64,000 nucleotides of DNA from Candidatus Sericytochromatia bacterium. Lineage in GTDB: Bacteria > Cyanobacteriota > Sericytochromatia > S15B-MN24 > JAQBPE01. The translations under genes and the position numbers were made by a program. The notes beneath the pieces are model-generated. The model did no database searches. It was not told where the DNA came from and worked only from the letters and a program-made list of their open reading frames with translations. Shown piece by piece: positions 38,176 to 47,224 of the stretch (position 1 is its first letter; each line of letters begins with the position of its first letter). The stretch spans positions 14,653-78,652 of the forward strand of contig JAYKHR010000145.1 in assembly GCA_035285125.1 (NCBI GenBank). Reading direction: 5' to 3'.

Positions 38176-38547
38176 GGACCACTCAACCCGGGCGGATTTG
38201 GCCGCCCCCGACAGGGGCTGACTTCGCCGCCTCCCATCAGGCAGAGAGGGTTGGCGCTGGCTTTCACACCGCTGGTGACCCCCGGCAGCCGCTCCCGTCC
38301 CCCGGGAGGGCGAGACCGCAGGCCAGCTGAGGGCTGTCGCCCCTGATTCCGCGCTAGGGGGTTGAAACGATCACGCTGTGCGGATGTGGCCACACCCATT
38401 GGGTGCAGGCATCATCGCCCCCCTCTCCCCGGCTCGCCGGGGAGAGGGGACCGCGTTTTCCGGCGGCAAGCATCCCCACAGCCGGCCGGTAGCCTCGCTC
38501 GACAGCTACTGCGGAGTCAGGGGTCGCAGAATCAAGGTGAGCCCCCC
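38176..38547. ncRNA. candidate large structured non-coding RNA, family unrecognised
   Basis: About ten nested complementary segments fill a 400-bp intergenic gap, including a long-range stem 38340-38352/38511-38523 and an end-closing stem; most G-U pairs favour the minus strand. Confidence 0.6.
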
Positions 38548-38570
38548 GCCCGTCGGGGTACGAAGGCCCC

Positions 38571-39641
38571 ATGGCCAGTGCCCGCAAGCAGCAAGCCCCA
38601 CGCCTCCCAGCCCCCGTGCGCAAGGCCGCACCGGCCGCGCCCCCCGGCCGCTGGTCGCTGCTGATGCCCCGGCAGCGGGCGCTGTTCTACGAGCAGCTGG
38701 CCCGCATGCTGAAGTCAGGCCTGCCCGCCGGTGCGGCGATGGAGAACGTGCTCCGCACCCCCTGGCCCCCTGCCCTCCGGGCCGTCGCGCAGGACCTCTC
38801 CAGCCAAACCAACGCGGGCGGGGCGCTCGCGGAGGTGCTGAAGCGCCACGCGCCCCTCATCGACGCGTTCGAGGCAGCCTACCTCGAGGCGGCCGAGACG
38901 GCGGGCACCGTGTCGGAAGGCTTCGGCGACCTCGCGAGGCGCCATTGGCAGGCCCACGAACAGCTGGTTCGCTTCGCCGGCAAGCTGGTTTACCCCGTGT
39001 GCCTGCTGGTCGCCGCTGCGGTGCTGGGCCCCCTCCACGTCGCCTTCGCGGGTGACGTCGCCGGCTACCTCGGGCAGGTCACCCGGCCCCTGGCAAGCCT
39101 GGCACTCGGGCTCGGCGGCGCCGCCTGGGTGGCGCTGGCTCCCGGGACAGCCCCCCTGCGCGGGCGGCTTTACGGGCTGGGCACGCGCCTGCCGTTCATC
39201 GCCCCGATGCTGCGCAGGCTCGCCATCGCGCAGCTCGGCCAGCTGATGGCCAGCTCCTTCCGCGCCGGCCTCCCAGCGAGCACCGTGCTCGGGCTGGCGG
39301 CGGCGGCCATGCCCGACCCCGAGGTGGCGGCCGCCTGTCGCGCGGTGGAGGCGGGCATCCAGCGGGGGGAGACGGTCGCGCTGGGCCTCTCGCGCCACCC
39401 GGAGGTCTTCCCGCACGAGTTCCTCTCCGTGGTGGAGACGGGCGAGCAGGCGGGCCGCCTCGACGAGTCCCTGGGCGCTGCGAGCCAGCTGTGGCAGGAA
39501 GACGCCGATCGCGCCCGTGACAACCTGGCGCGGGTCGCCACGGGCGGGCTGGTGGCCGTCGCCCTCGTCATGGTCGCCCTCATCATCTTGCAGATCGGGC
39601 TCGGCATCATCGGGAACGTGAACCAGGTGCTCACCCAGTGA
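38571..39641 (+). CDS. type II secretion F / PilC family inner-membrane platform protein
   Basis: FYEQLARMLKSGLP, AAETAGT, VETGEQAGRLDESL; two GspF repeats. Confidence 0.85.
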   Translation: MASARKQQAPRLPAPVRKAAPAAPPGRWSLLMPRQRALFYEQLARMLKSGLPAGAAMENVLRTPWPPALRAVAQDLSSQTNAGGALAEVLKRHAPLIDAFEAAYLEAAETAGTVSEGFGDLARRHWQAHEQLVRFAGKLVYPVCLLVAAAVLGPLHVAFAGDVAGYLGQVTRPLASLALGLGGAAWVALAPGTAPLRGRLYGLGTRLPFIAPMLRRLAIAQLGQLMASSFRAGLPASTVLGLAAAAMPDPEVAAACRAVEAGIQRGETVALGLSRHPEVFPHEFLSVVETGEQAGRLDESLGAASQLWQEDADRARDNLARVATGGLVAVALVMVALIILQIGLGIIGNVNQVLTQ

Positions 39642-39650
39642 GGCCAGGCC

Positions 39651-41126
39651 TCACAGGCGCGTCACGGTGAGCAGCTGGGGCGGGGTGCAGTCCGCCGGGT
39701 AGACCAGGGTCAGGCGGCCGTCCGTCCGCCACCCCGGTGGCACCGTGACGGTGGCAAAGGGCACCCCCTGCTCGCCCTGGCGCAGCGCGAGGTGCGAGAG
39801 CACCCGGCGCGGCTGGCCGGGCCCCTCGTCCCAGTCGAAGCGCACGGGCCCGCGAAAGGTCGTGAGGGGGCCGGGCTTCGGGGCGTACGTGGGGAGCGCC
39901 GGCTTGCCCTCGGGGATCCGGACGGGATGAGAGAGGGCCAGGGCGTAACGTCGGGGGGTGGCGTCCGGGTTGTCGAGGGGCACGCGCAAGTCGTAGGTGA
40001 CACCGTAGCTGCCGTGCGCCTCCGGGGGCACGTCCGGGTAGCGGCGCGCCATGGGCGGGGCCTGGACCTGCCGCGTGCCGAGGGTGTTCAAGGCCACGGT
40101 GGCGATCGGGAAGCCCACCCAGGCGCCAGGCGCCGTCAGCACCGCCGAGGCCCGCTCGAACAGCTGGCCCGTCCAGCGCGACCCGAGGCTGACGCCCGAC
40201 ACCCGGCCGTAGGTGAAGCTGCCCCCGCTCGGCGGGGAGCCGGGCGGGTACACGGTGGCCTGGCGCTCGGGTGGGCCTGCCCGCTTCCCGTCACGCAGGA
40301 CGGCGAGGAACTCGTCGGCCGACGGCCGGTTGCCCACCCGGCCGAACAGGGCGACGGCGGCGAGCCGCACGGGACCGTCGGCCCGGAAGCGGAACAGACC
40401 GGAGCGCGCGTTGCGCGAGGGCAGGCCGAAGTTCTTGGCGGGAATCGCCTCGCTGAACAGCACCGTGGGCGTCTGCACGGGGATCGTCCAGCTGTCCGGC
40501 TTCACGCTGGACCGCCCGGACAGCCAGTCGACGGCGACGCGGCTGCCGGGCCCCGAGAAGACGGCCCCCCGGGCATCCTCCACGAGCGGCTCCAGCTCGA
40601 TGAAGGGCGCGTCGGTGGTGAGCCAGCTGGCCCCAGCCTCCAGCTTCAGGCCCGCCGGGCTCGGGCCGTCGGCATCCGCGATCAGGGCCAGCCAGCAGGC
40701 GTCGTTGCCGTCGAGGAAGGCCGTCTCGGCGATGTGGTGCCAGAAGACGTCGAAGGGACCGTCGATGGCGTGGTCGAGGCCCGAGCTGCCCCCCGCGAGG
40801 GTGGAGGCGAGGACCCCGCTGGCCCGCAGCAACTCGGGGTTGTTGACGTTGAGCACGGGCACCTCGTCCAGCCCGCCCGGCAGCGGGAGGATGGCCCGGC
40901 CGACCTCAGCCGGCGGGCTGGTCGAGCCGGGCGCGGGGGGCTCAGCTGGTACCACCGAGCCGGGCTGCGCTGGCTCTGGCGGCACCGGCCCCCCCCCGAG
41001 GGGCGGACTCAAGGGAGGCGGCGGCTGCGCCGGGGAGGCCACCAGCGCGGGCGCCGCAGGAGAGGCGCACCCGGCCAGCAGGCCCGTGGTAAGCAGCCAG
41101 CGCGCCTGGCGCCCAGGGCGGGTCAT
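39651..41126 (-). CDS. DUF3370-like lipoprotein
   Basis: LLAGC lipobox; LPGGLDEVPVLNVNNPE, YGRVSGVSLG, TLGTRQVQ, AHGSYGVTY, YPADCTPPQLLT. Confidence 0.8.
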   Translation of the reverse strand: MTRPGRQARWLLTTGLLAGCASPAAPALVASPAQPPPPLSPPLGGGPVPPEPAQPGSVVPAEPPAPGSTSPPAEVGRAILPLPGGLDEVPVLNVNNPELLRASGVLASTLAGGSSGLDHAIDGPFDVFWHHIAETAFLDGNDACWLALIADADGPSPAGLKLEAGASWLTTDAPFIELEPLVEDARGAVFSGPGSRVAVDWLSGRSSVKPDSWTIPVQTPTVLFSEAIPAKNFGLPSRNARSGLFRFRADGPVRLAAVALFGRVGNRPSADEFLAVLRDGKRAGPPERQATVYPPGSPPSGGSFTYGRVSGVSLGSRWTGQLFERASAVLTAPGAWVGFPIATVALNTLGTRQVQAPPMARRYPDVPPEAHGSYGVTYDLRVPLDNPDATPRRYALALSHPVRIPEGKPALPTYAPKPGPLTTFRGPVRFDWDEGPGQPRRVLSHLALRQGEQGVPFATVTVPPGWRTDGRLTLVYPADCTPPQLLTVTRL

Positions 41127-41154
41127 CGGCCCGAACCCTCTTTAAAGCGGCGCG

Positions 41155-42144
41155 TCAGCGGGCGCCGAAAGGGAAGGGCATCCGCCAGCCGCGGGCGCTG
41201 GCGCGGCCCTCAACCATGCCGCCGGTGATCACGAGGCGCTCGCCCAGCTTCGCCGCCACGGCGCCGTGCAGGGCCACGGGCAGCGGGGCCCGCGTGGTCC
41301 AGGCGCCGTCGCCGAGGCTGAAGGACTCGACGACCTCCGTCGCACCGCCGGCGGCCTTGCCCCCGAGCACGAAGAGGTGGTGGCCATAGACGGCAAAGGC
41401 CGCGTGCGAGCGGGCAGTGGGCATCGCAGGCCCCTTGGTCCAGACGCCCCGATCCAGATCGTAAAGCTCGAGGGCCCCCGTCGGGCCCGCCTCCGTCCGG
41501 CCGCCGACCACGACGAGGCGCTGGCCGAGCCGAGCCGCCACGGCCCCCGTGCGGGCCGTGGGCATCGCCGGGAGCTGCCGCCAGCTGCGGTCCCGCACGT
41601 CAAAGACCTCGAAGGCGGCCGTCGGGCGCCCCGCAGCCGTGCCGCCGGCGACGTAGGCAAACACCCCGTGGCTGGCGGCCGCGGCGTCATGGCGCGCGGT
41701 CGGCATCGGGCTCTGGCGCTCCCAGGCCCCGGCAACCTGGCTGTAAAGCTCGACGGTGGCCAAAGACACCCCGCCCGCCTGGCCCCCGATGGCGAGCACG
41801 CGCTCGGCCGGCACCACCACGGCGGAAAGCCCGGTCCGCGCGGTGGGGAGGGCAGGCAAGGCGGACCACTGATCGAAGGCGCGGAACGCCTCTGCCCGGT
41901 CGAGGGCCCGCCGGCCGTCCGGGCTGCCGCCGAGGACGTGCAGGGTCAACCCGACGGGAGCCGCAGCAGCCCCCACCCGCGCCGTCGGGGCGTCAGGGAT
42001 CGGTTGCCAGGCGTCCGTCGCGCGGGCCCCGAGCCGCTCGGCGCGCTGGCCGGCGAGGCCAGCCACGGAGGTGCCACAGCCCACCAGCGTGAGCGCACAG
42101 CTCGCGGCGAGCAGGATCATCCAGGGGGCACGTCGGAAGGTCAT
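41155..42144 (-). CDS. Kelch-repeat lipoprotein
   Basis: LVGC lipobox; six repeats of the pattern (M)PTAR...GG...E.Y...W. Confidence 0.88.
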   Translation of the reverse strand: MTFRRAPWMILLAASCALTLVGCGTSVAGLAGQRAERLGARATDAWQPIPDAPTARVGAAAAPVGLTLHVLGGSPDGRRALDRAEAFRAFDQWSALPALPTARTGLSAVVVPAERVLAIGGQAGGVSLATVELYSQVAGAWERQSPMPTARHDAAAASHGVFAYVAGGTAAGRPTAAFEVFDVRDRSWRQLPAMPTARTGAVAARLGQRLVVVGGRTEAGPTGALELYDLDRGVWTKGPAMPTARSHAAFAVYGHHLFVLGGKAAGGATEVVESFSLGDGAWTTRAPLPVALHGAVAAKLGERLVITGGMVEGRASARGWRMPFPFGAR

Positions 42145-42299
42145 GGCCTGCTCCAGTCGGGTTCGGGCCCGAGCGCAAAAGTGTTTAAGCGGTGGTAAAA
42201 TTGGGCTTAAATTGTGACGTCAAAACGCCTTGGCTGTCAACCCGTCGGGCGTGGCCTGGCGGCGGGTATGATGATCGCGGAAGCACCCTGGAGGAATCG

Positions 42300-42632
42300 A
42301 TGGGCGATGAGGCCTGCTCGAAGCATGGCGCGCTGGAAGAGCTCCAGGCGCGCGCCGCGCTGGGGCGTGAGATCCTGCTGCGGCCGATCGCCAGCGAGGC
42401 AGACCTCGTGGCGGCCCAGCAGGCTCGCGTGGAGTGGGTGCTGCGGAACAAGCGCCTGCTGCACCAGCTGATCGGCGAGGCCGCTTCCCAGGTGCGGTTC
42501 TCCCCCTCGGCGCCGACGGAGATGCCGCTTAAGCCGAAGCTCGAGGACCACGTCCGCGAGTTCCAGAACCAGATGATCGCCGGCATCACGGACCTCGACC
42601 GCCTGATCGCCGCGCTCGGCCGGGTGCAGTGA
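42300..42632 (+). CDS. hypothetical protein
   Basis: GGAGG RBS; GGGTATGAT -10 at 42264-42272. Confidence 0.6.
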   Translation: MGDEACSKHGALEELQARAALGREILLRPIASEADLVAAQQARVEWVLRNKRLLHQLIGEAASQVRFSPSAPTEMPLKPKLEDHVREFQNQMIAGITDLDRLIAALGRVQ

Positions 42633-42747
42633 GGCGGCCTGACCGCGTCGCCCGCAGTAAAATTAACGGAACTTTTACAGGTCGATAAGAAACCCGGGCC
42701 GACCCGCCCCGGATAACCCTCCTGTCGCCCCGCCGCCAGGAGCCGCC

Positions 42748-43449
42748 GTGTCCGTCATCAGCCGCCTGTTCCAACCTGTCGGGCGCCGCCTCGAGGCTGG
42801 CTTTGGCCGCCTGGTCGGCCGAAAGGCCTCCCAGGAGACGGGCGAGCAGGCGGCGCGGACGCTCGGTCGGGACGTGGTGCGGACGAGCGGGCGGTGGGGC
42901 CTGCTGCGGGGGGCCACGCCCCCTGCCAACCCCGCCTTCACGGCCGCGCTGGACGCTGCCAAGGCGATGCTGAAGCAGAAGGGCAAGTACCACAACATCT
43001 CGGGCTCGCTGCAGGACGCCCTCGCCCAGGCCACCAGCACCGGTGAAGCGCTTCAGGTGGCGGCGCTGGCCCGCAAGCTGGCCGTGGGCTACAACCAGGC
43101 CCACCGCGGGGTGCTGACGGACGCGCTGGCCCAGGGCGCGGCCCGGGCCCAGGTCACGGATGAGGCCTTCGACGTGATCCGGCACGTGGTCAAGACCCGC
43201 CAGGAGGCCTACGCCCTGTTCAACGTCTCGGAGAAGCGCAAGCTGGTGGAGACGGCGGTGACCCGCTACATGGCGGTCGGGGAGACCGAGCTGCCCGTCG
43301 ACGAGCTGGCGCGCAAGGTCGTGAAGCTCGTCCAGCCCAGGCTGGATCAGGCCTCGACCCGCGCCACGATCCGCCGCGTGAGCGGGCTCGAGGCGCAGGC
43401 CGAGCGGGTGCAGGCCGTGACGAACTTCATCCACAAGGCGCTCTCCTGA
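42748..43449 (+). CDS. basic helical hypothetical protein
   Basis: AGGAG RBS, GTG start, typical codon bias. Confidence 0.7.
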   Translation: MSVISRLFQPVGRRLEAGFGRLVGRKASQETGEQAARTLGRDVVRTSGRWGLLRGATPPANPAFTAALDAAKAMLKQKGKYHNISGSLQDALAQATSTGEALQVAALARKLAVGYNQAHRGVLTDALAQGAARAQVTDEAFDVIRHVVKTRQEAYALFNVSEKRKLVETAVTRYMAVGETELPVDELARKVVKLVQPRLDQASTRATIRRVSGLEAQAERVQAVTNFIHKALS

Positions 43450-43475
43450 GCCCGAGGCGGCCGGGTATATAGCGG

Positions 43476-44168
43476 GTGCCCGCTTCCCGGAGGCCCGCCT
43501 TGCGTCCAGTGTCCCTGCTCATGCTCAGCCTGCTGGCCACCTTGGCCGGCTGCAACCCGGCCCCCTGCCCGGTGGTGACCTCGCCCCCGACGGGTGGCGT
43601 CATCCAGGGCCAGGTGCGCGGCACCGACGGCCGCCCCGTGGAGGGCGCCACCGTGATGGCCGCTGACGCCACGGGCGCAGCGATCCCAGGCACCATGCGG
43701 GCCCGCACGGACGCCCAGGGCAGCTACTGGGCTGCCCAGCTCCCCCCCGGCTTCGCCTACGTGCTGGTGGCGCGGCCCCCCGACGGCAAGGGGCCGCTGC
43801 TCTCCACGCTGGGGCGCCCGACCGAGCAGGCCGCGGCCCCCACAGACATCACCCGCGCCACCACCGTTCTGACGCTCGGCACGATGCGTGGCCGCGCCGG
43901 GATGCCTGGCGCCTTCAGCCCGGAGGCCTGGGCGCTCGCGGTGCAACGCGTCGAGCTGGCCCTCGAGTCCGAGCAGGCGCCGGACCTCGCGGACGCTGCG
44001 GCCGTGGAGGCCTGGCTCAGGCGCCAGGGCGAGGGTGACACCACGCTCCGGGCCAGCGTGGCGCAGCTCAACCAGGAGCTGAGCGCCGGGGGGGCCCGGG
44101 AGCAGGTCGAGGCCCAAGCGGGCAACCGCCAGTCCGACCCCCTCGACGCCCTGAAGCCGATTTACTGA
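43476..44168 (+). CDS. lipoprotein with carboxypeptidase-regulatory-like domain
   Basis: LAGC lipobox; IQGQVRGTDGRPVEGATV..TDAQGSY. Confidence 0.75.
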   Translation: MPASRRPALRPVSLLMLSLLATLAGCNPAPCPVVTSPPTGGVIQGQVRGTDGRPVEGATVMAADATGAAIPGTMRARTDAQGSYWAAQLPPGFAYVLVARPPDGKGPLLSTLGRPTEQAAAPTDITRATTVLTLGTMRGRAGMPGAFSPEAWALAVQRVELALESEQAPDLADAAAVEAWLRRQGEGDTTLRASVAQLNQELSAGGAREQVEAQAGNRQSDPLDALKPIY

Positions 44169-44177
44169 GCCACCGCC

Positions 44178-44972
44178 ATGACTGCCTCGACCCGACGCCT
44201 TGCCCCGCTGCTCGCCCTGGCCGCCTGCCTGGGCGGCCTCCCTGCCTGCGAGGCTGACACCCCGCCGTGCGCCCCGGCGGCAAACCGCCCCCTGCCGGGC
44301 ACCCTGCTGGGCGGCCAGGCCCGCATCCCGACGTCCCTGGCGGTCAGTGGGGCCCCGCCGGGCCTCGACTACGAGGTGCCGGTGAACGGCGGCGAGGTCT
44401 TCCTGGCCGACGCCGCGGGGCGCGCGCTGCCGGGCAGGGTGGCGTTGACCAGCCCAACTGGCGCCTGGCAGATCGCGGGCGTGCCAGCGGGCCAAGGCTT
44501 CGGCGTCGTCGTGGTGGCCAGGAGCGCCCAGGGCAAGGACTTGCTGCTTCGCAGCCTCGCACGCACGGGGAGCCAGGGTGGCACGGCGGACGTCAACGCG
44601 GCGACCACCATCGCCACGCTGGGCCTTTGCGATGGGCTGAGCGGGCCCGTGGGGGAGTTCGACCGCACCACCTTCGACCGGGTCGTGGCCCAAGTCTACG
44701 GCCGGCTGCCCGCCGCGAGCCCGCTGGATCTCACGGACGCCACCGGCGTCAAGGACCGCTTCCGGGGCTGGATGGCCCAAGATGCGGAGCTGAAGGCGAT
44801 GGCCGACCGCCTGCGGGCCGAGATCGCGCGCCCCCGCGTCGGCCTTCCGGAGCAGATCGCACTGCTGCTGGCCGCTCAAGGGCTCCCGACGACCCAGCCC
44901 CCCGCCGCGGCGCGCACGCCCGGGCCAACCCCGACCCCGACCCCGACCCCGACGCCCGAGCCGGAGGAGTGA
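44178..44972 (+). CDS. lipoprotein resembling the upstream gene, with a Pro-Thr tail
   Basis: Signal peptide with Cys; shared D(I/V)xxATT motif; (PT)n tail. Confidence 0.75.
   Translation: MTASTRRLAPLLALAACLGGLPACEADTPPCAPAANRPLPGTLLGGQARIPTSLAVSGAPPGLDYEVPVNGGEVFLADAAGRALPGRVALTSPTGAWQIAGVPAGQGFGVVVVARSAQGKDLLLRSLARTGSQGGTADVNAATTIATLGLCDGLSGPVGEFDRTTFDRVVAQVYGRLPAASPLDLTDATGVKDRFRGWMAQDAELKAMADRLRAEIARPRVGLPEQIALLLAAQGLPTTQPPAAARTPGPTPTPTPTPTPEPEE
44925..44957 (+). repeat. coding hexamer tandem repeat (CCGACC)n encoding Pro-Thr
   Basis: ccaacc ccgacc ccgacc ccgacc ccgacg ccc. Confidence 0.7.
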
Positions 44973-44984
44973 CGGCGCCGCACC

Positions 44985-46007
44985 TCAGAACCTGAGGCCC
45001 AGGCCCCCCGTCACCGTGCTCGGGCCCTCGAAGCCCAGGCGCAACTCGGCGTGGCCGGAGAGCGCCCCCCAGCCCAGGCGCACGCCCGTGATCGCCTCCG
45101 GCACGACCACGGCGGGGTTGTAGCCCCCCGACCAGAGCGTGCCGAGGGTCACATGGGTGCCGCCCAGGCCGACATAGACCGGCCCGTTGGTCAGCAACGC
45201 GGAGTGTAGCCGCATGAAGCCGACGTCGAGGGGCCCTGTCCGATCGAATCGGGTCCGGCCGTACTCCCCGCCCAGCCTCAGGGAGATCCAGTCGTGGAGT
45301 TGCACGCGGTAGTGCAGGCCCGCGATGGGGAAGCTGACGCGCGAGAGGTGCATGCCGGCGACGAGTTCCACGTGGTGCCGCGTCCCGGGTGCCGGCCTCG
45401 CCGCAGCGAGCTTCGGCGTGGCCGGGGGGCGCGGGTTCCGACGCCACATCCCGTCCTCTGGCGGGGAGGAACCGACGCGGCCGGCGCGCGGCATCGGCAT
45501 CGCGATGACGGTGCGGCTCGGCTCCAGCATGGGCTGGAGGTTTGCATGACCTTGCGTCACGCTGTAGTCGTAGGCCGTGAAGCCGTCGTGGCTCAGGCGC
45601 TCGCGGCTGGCCCCACGGGAGAGCAAGAGCCGCACGACGGTGTCCTGGCCATTCCAGGCTGCCAGCATCAGCGGGGTGTAGCCGTTGCCGTCCCCGACGT
45701 CGACGGTGGCGCCGCGATCAAGCATGTAGCCCGCCAGCACGACGTACCCCCGGAACGCCGCCCAGTGCAGCGGCGTGTAGCCGTTCTCGTCCCGCGCGTT
45801 GAAGCTGGCCCCGCGGCGCAGGGCCTCTTGCATGGCCCGCAGGTTGCCCGAGTAGACCGCCACGATCAGGTCCTGATCAGCCGCCTCGTCGGCCCGGGCG
45901 GGCTGTCCGGGCAGGCCGACGACGAGGGCCGCGGCCAGTGCCAGCGAGGCGACGGGACGGAGGGCTCGCGCGGAGATTCTCGAAGCTTGCGAGGTCATCA
46001 GCACCAT
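44985..46007 (-). CDS. secreted ankyrin-repeat protein with a probable C-terminal outer-membrane beta-barrel
   Basis: Signal peptide; NGYTPLHWAA and NGYTPLMLAA ankyrin repeats; alternating beta strands ending in GGLGLRF. Confidence 0.75.
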   Translation of the reverse strand: MVLMTSQASRISARALRPVASLALAAALVVGLPGQPARADEAADQDLIVAVYSGNLRAMQEALRRGASFNARDENGYTPLHWAAFRGYVVLAGYMLDRGATVDVGDGNGYTPLMLAAWNGQDTVVRLLLSRGASRERLSHDGFTAYDYSVTQGHANLQPMLEPSRTVIAMPMPRAGRVGSSPPEDGMWRRNPRPPATPKLAAARPAPGTRHHVELVAGMHLSRVSFPIAGLHYRVQLHDWISLRLGGEYGRTRFDRTGPLDVGFMRLHSALLTNGPVYVGLGGTHVTLGTLWSGGYNPAVVVPEAITGVRLGWGALSGHAELRLGFEGPSTVTGGLGLRF

Positions 46008-46171
46008 TCAAGCACACCCTTGGGGGGGTGTGGGAGCCCGGGCACTCAGGGTGGGGGCAAGAAGACCTCGGGCGCAACCGCAAGGCCTCCCGGCGTGGCG
46101 ACGCACCGCGTCCGACCAGGGCCGGGCTGGAAGCCCTGAGAGACGGCCGTGGCGCGGCTGAAGCGCCTCCG

Positions 46172-47224
46172 TCACGCCCCCTCCCCCTCGGGCGCCAGCG
46201 CGCGCAGCAGGGCAGCCTGCACCTCGGCCGTCGAGGCGGAGCCGCCGAGGTCCGGCGTGAGCACCTGGCGCGCCGCCGTCACCCGGGCAATCGCCCGGAG
46301 CACGTCCACGGCGGCCTGCCGCTCGCCCAGCGCGTCCAGAACCAGCGCCCCGGCCCAGCAGGCGCCGATCGGGTTCGCCATCGCGTGGCCGGCGAGGTCG
46401 GGCCTGGGCCCGTGGGTTGGCGCCAGCAGCGGCGGCGCCTGGCCCGAGGGGTCGAGGAAGGCCGCCGCCGGGATGCTCGCCCCCCCCTGCAGCGCATCGA
46501 GGATGCCGTCGATCGGGCCCACGAGGGCCGCGGGCGCGACCACCACGTCCACGGCGTGGGGGTGCGTGAGCAGCGCCCCCAGGAGCTCGGGCAAGGGCGT
46601 GAGCCGCCACATCACCTCCGGGGCGCGCTCGCCCGCGTCCGCGATCGCCTCGCGCCACAGCCTGCCCCAGGCGTCATCCGGCCCAGGCTCCACGACGGCA
46701 TGCAGCAGCCGGCGGGGCCTGCGGCCGGCTACCGTGAAGGCCTGCGCCGCGAGCGCGGAGGCCGCAGCGGGCGACCAGCGCGCCGTCCGGGCCAGCACCC
46801 CCTCGGCCTCCTCGGCCAACGTCCCCTCCTCAGGCTCGGCAGGGCTGACGAGGAGCCCGTCCAAGGCCCCTGCAAGCGCCGACGTGAGCGGCGTGGCCAG
46901 GCCCGGCCAGGCGCGCATCGGGCGCACCCGCATCCGGTGGCCGAGCCCGCGCCGCAAGAAGACGTCCAGCGCCACCCCGCTGGCCTGACGCGGCGGGGCC
47001 GCCGCGCCGAGGAGCACGGCCTCGAAGGTGCGGAGCGCGTCGAGGCTGTCCGGGGGGGCGGGCGCCCCCGTGGTGGCGGCGAGCCGCTCCCCCCAGGGCA
47101 TCGTGAAGAACTCGAAGATGACGCGGTGGCGCAGCGCCGCCGCGTCGATCAGCGCGGCGGCGACGGGCACGACCTCGGGCCCGATGCCGTCGCCCGGCAG
47201 GAGCGCCACACGGCGGCGACGCAT
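46172..47224 (-). CDS. isocitrate/isopropylmalate/tartrate dehydrogenase family protein, degenerate active site
   Basis: LPGDGIGPEV, THGPRPDLAG..ANPIG and TPDLGG present; RENTEG-Y, K-x-N and GDILSD motifs absent. Confidence 0.75.
   Translation of the reverse strand: MRRRRVALLPGDGIGPEVVPVAAALIDAAALRHRVIFEFFTMPWGERLAATTGAPAPPDSLDALRTFEAVLLGAAAPPRQASGVALDVFLRRGLGHRMRVRPMRAWPGLATPLTSALAGALDGLLVSPAEPEEGTLAEEAEGVLARTARWSPAAASALAAQAFTVAGRRPRRLLHAVVEPGPDDAWGRLWREAIADAGERAPEVMWRLTPLPELLGALLTHPHAVDVVVAPAALVGPIDGILDALQGGASIPAAAFLDPSGQAPPLLAPTHGPRPDLAGHAMANPIGACWAGALVLDALGERQAAVDVLRAIARVTAARQVLTPDLGGSASTAEVQAALLRALAPEGEGA

Noticed and set aside
38176-38547. tmRNA, RNase P RNA, SRP RNA, hammerhead or intron identity for the structured gap
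   Set aside because: No TPsiC arm with CCA acceptor end or tag frame, no GAGGAAAGUCC, no SRP helix-8 motif; CUGAUGG..GAAG lacks the hammerhead core and stem II
42657-42678. NtcA site
   Set aside because: GTA-TAC spacing is 16, not 8
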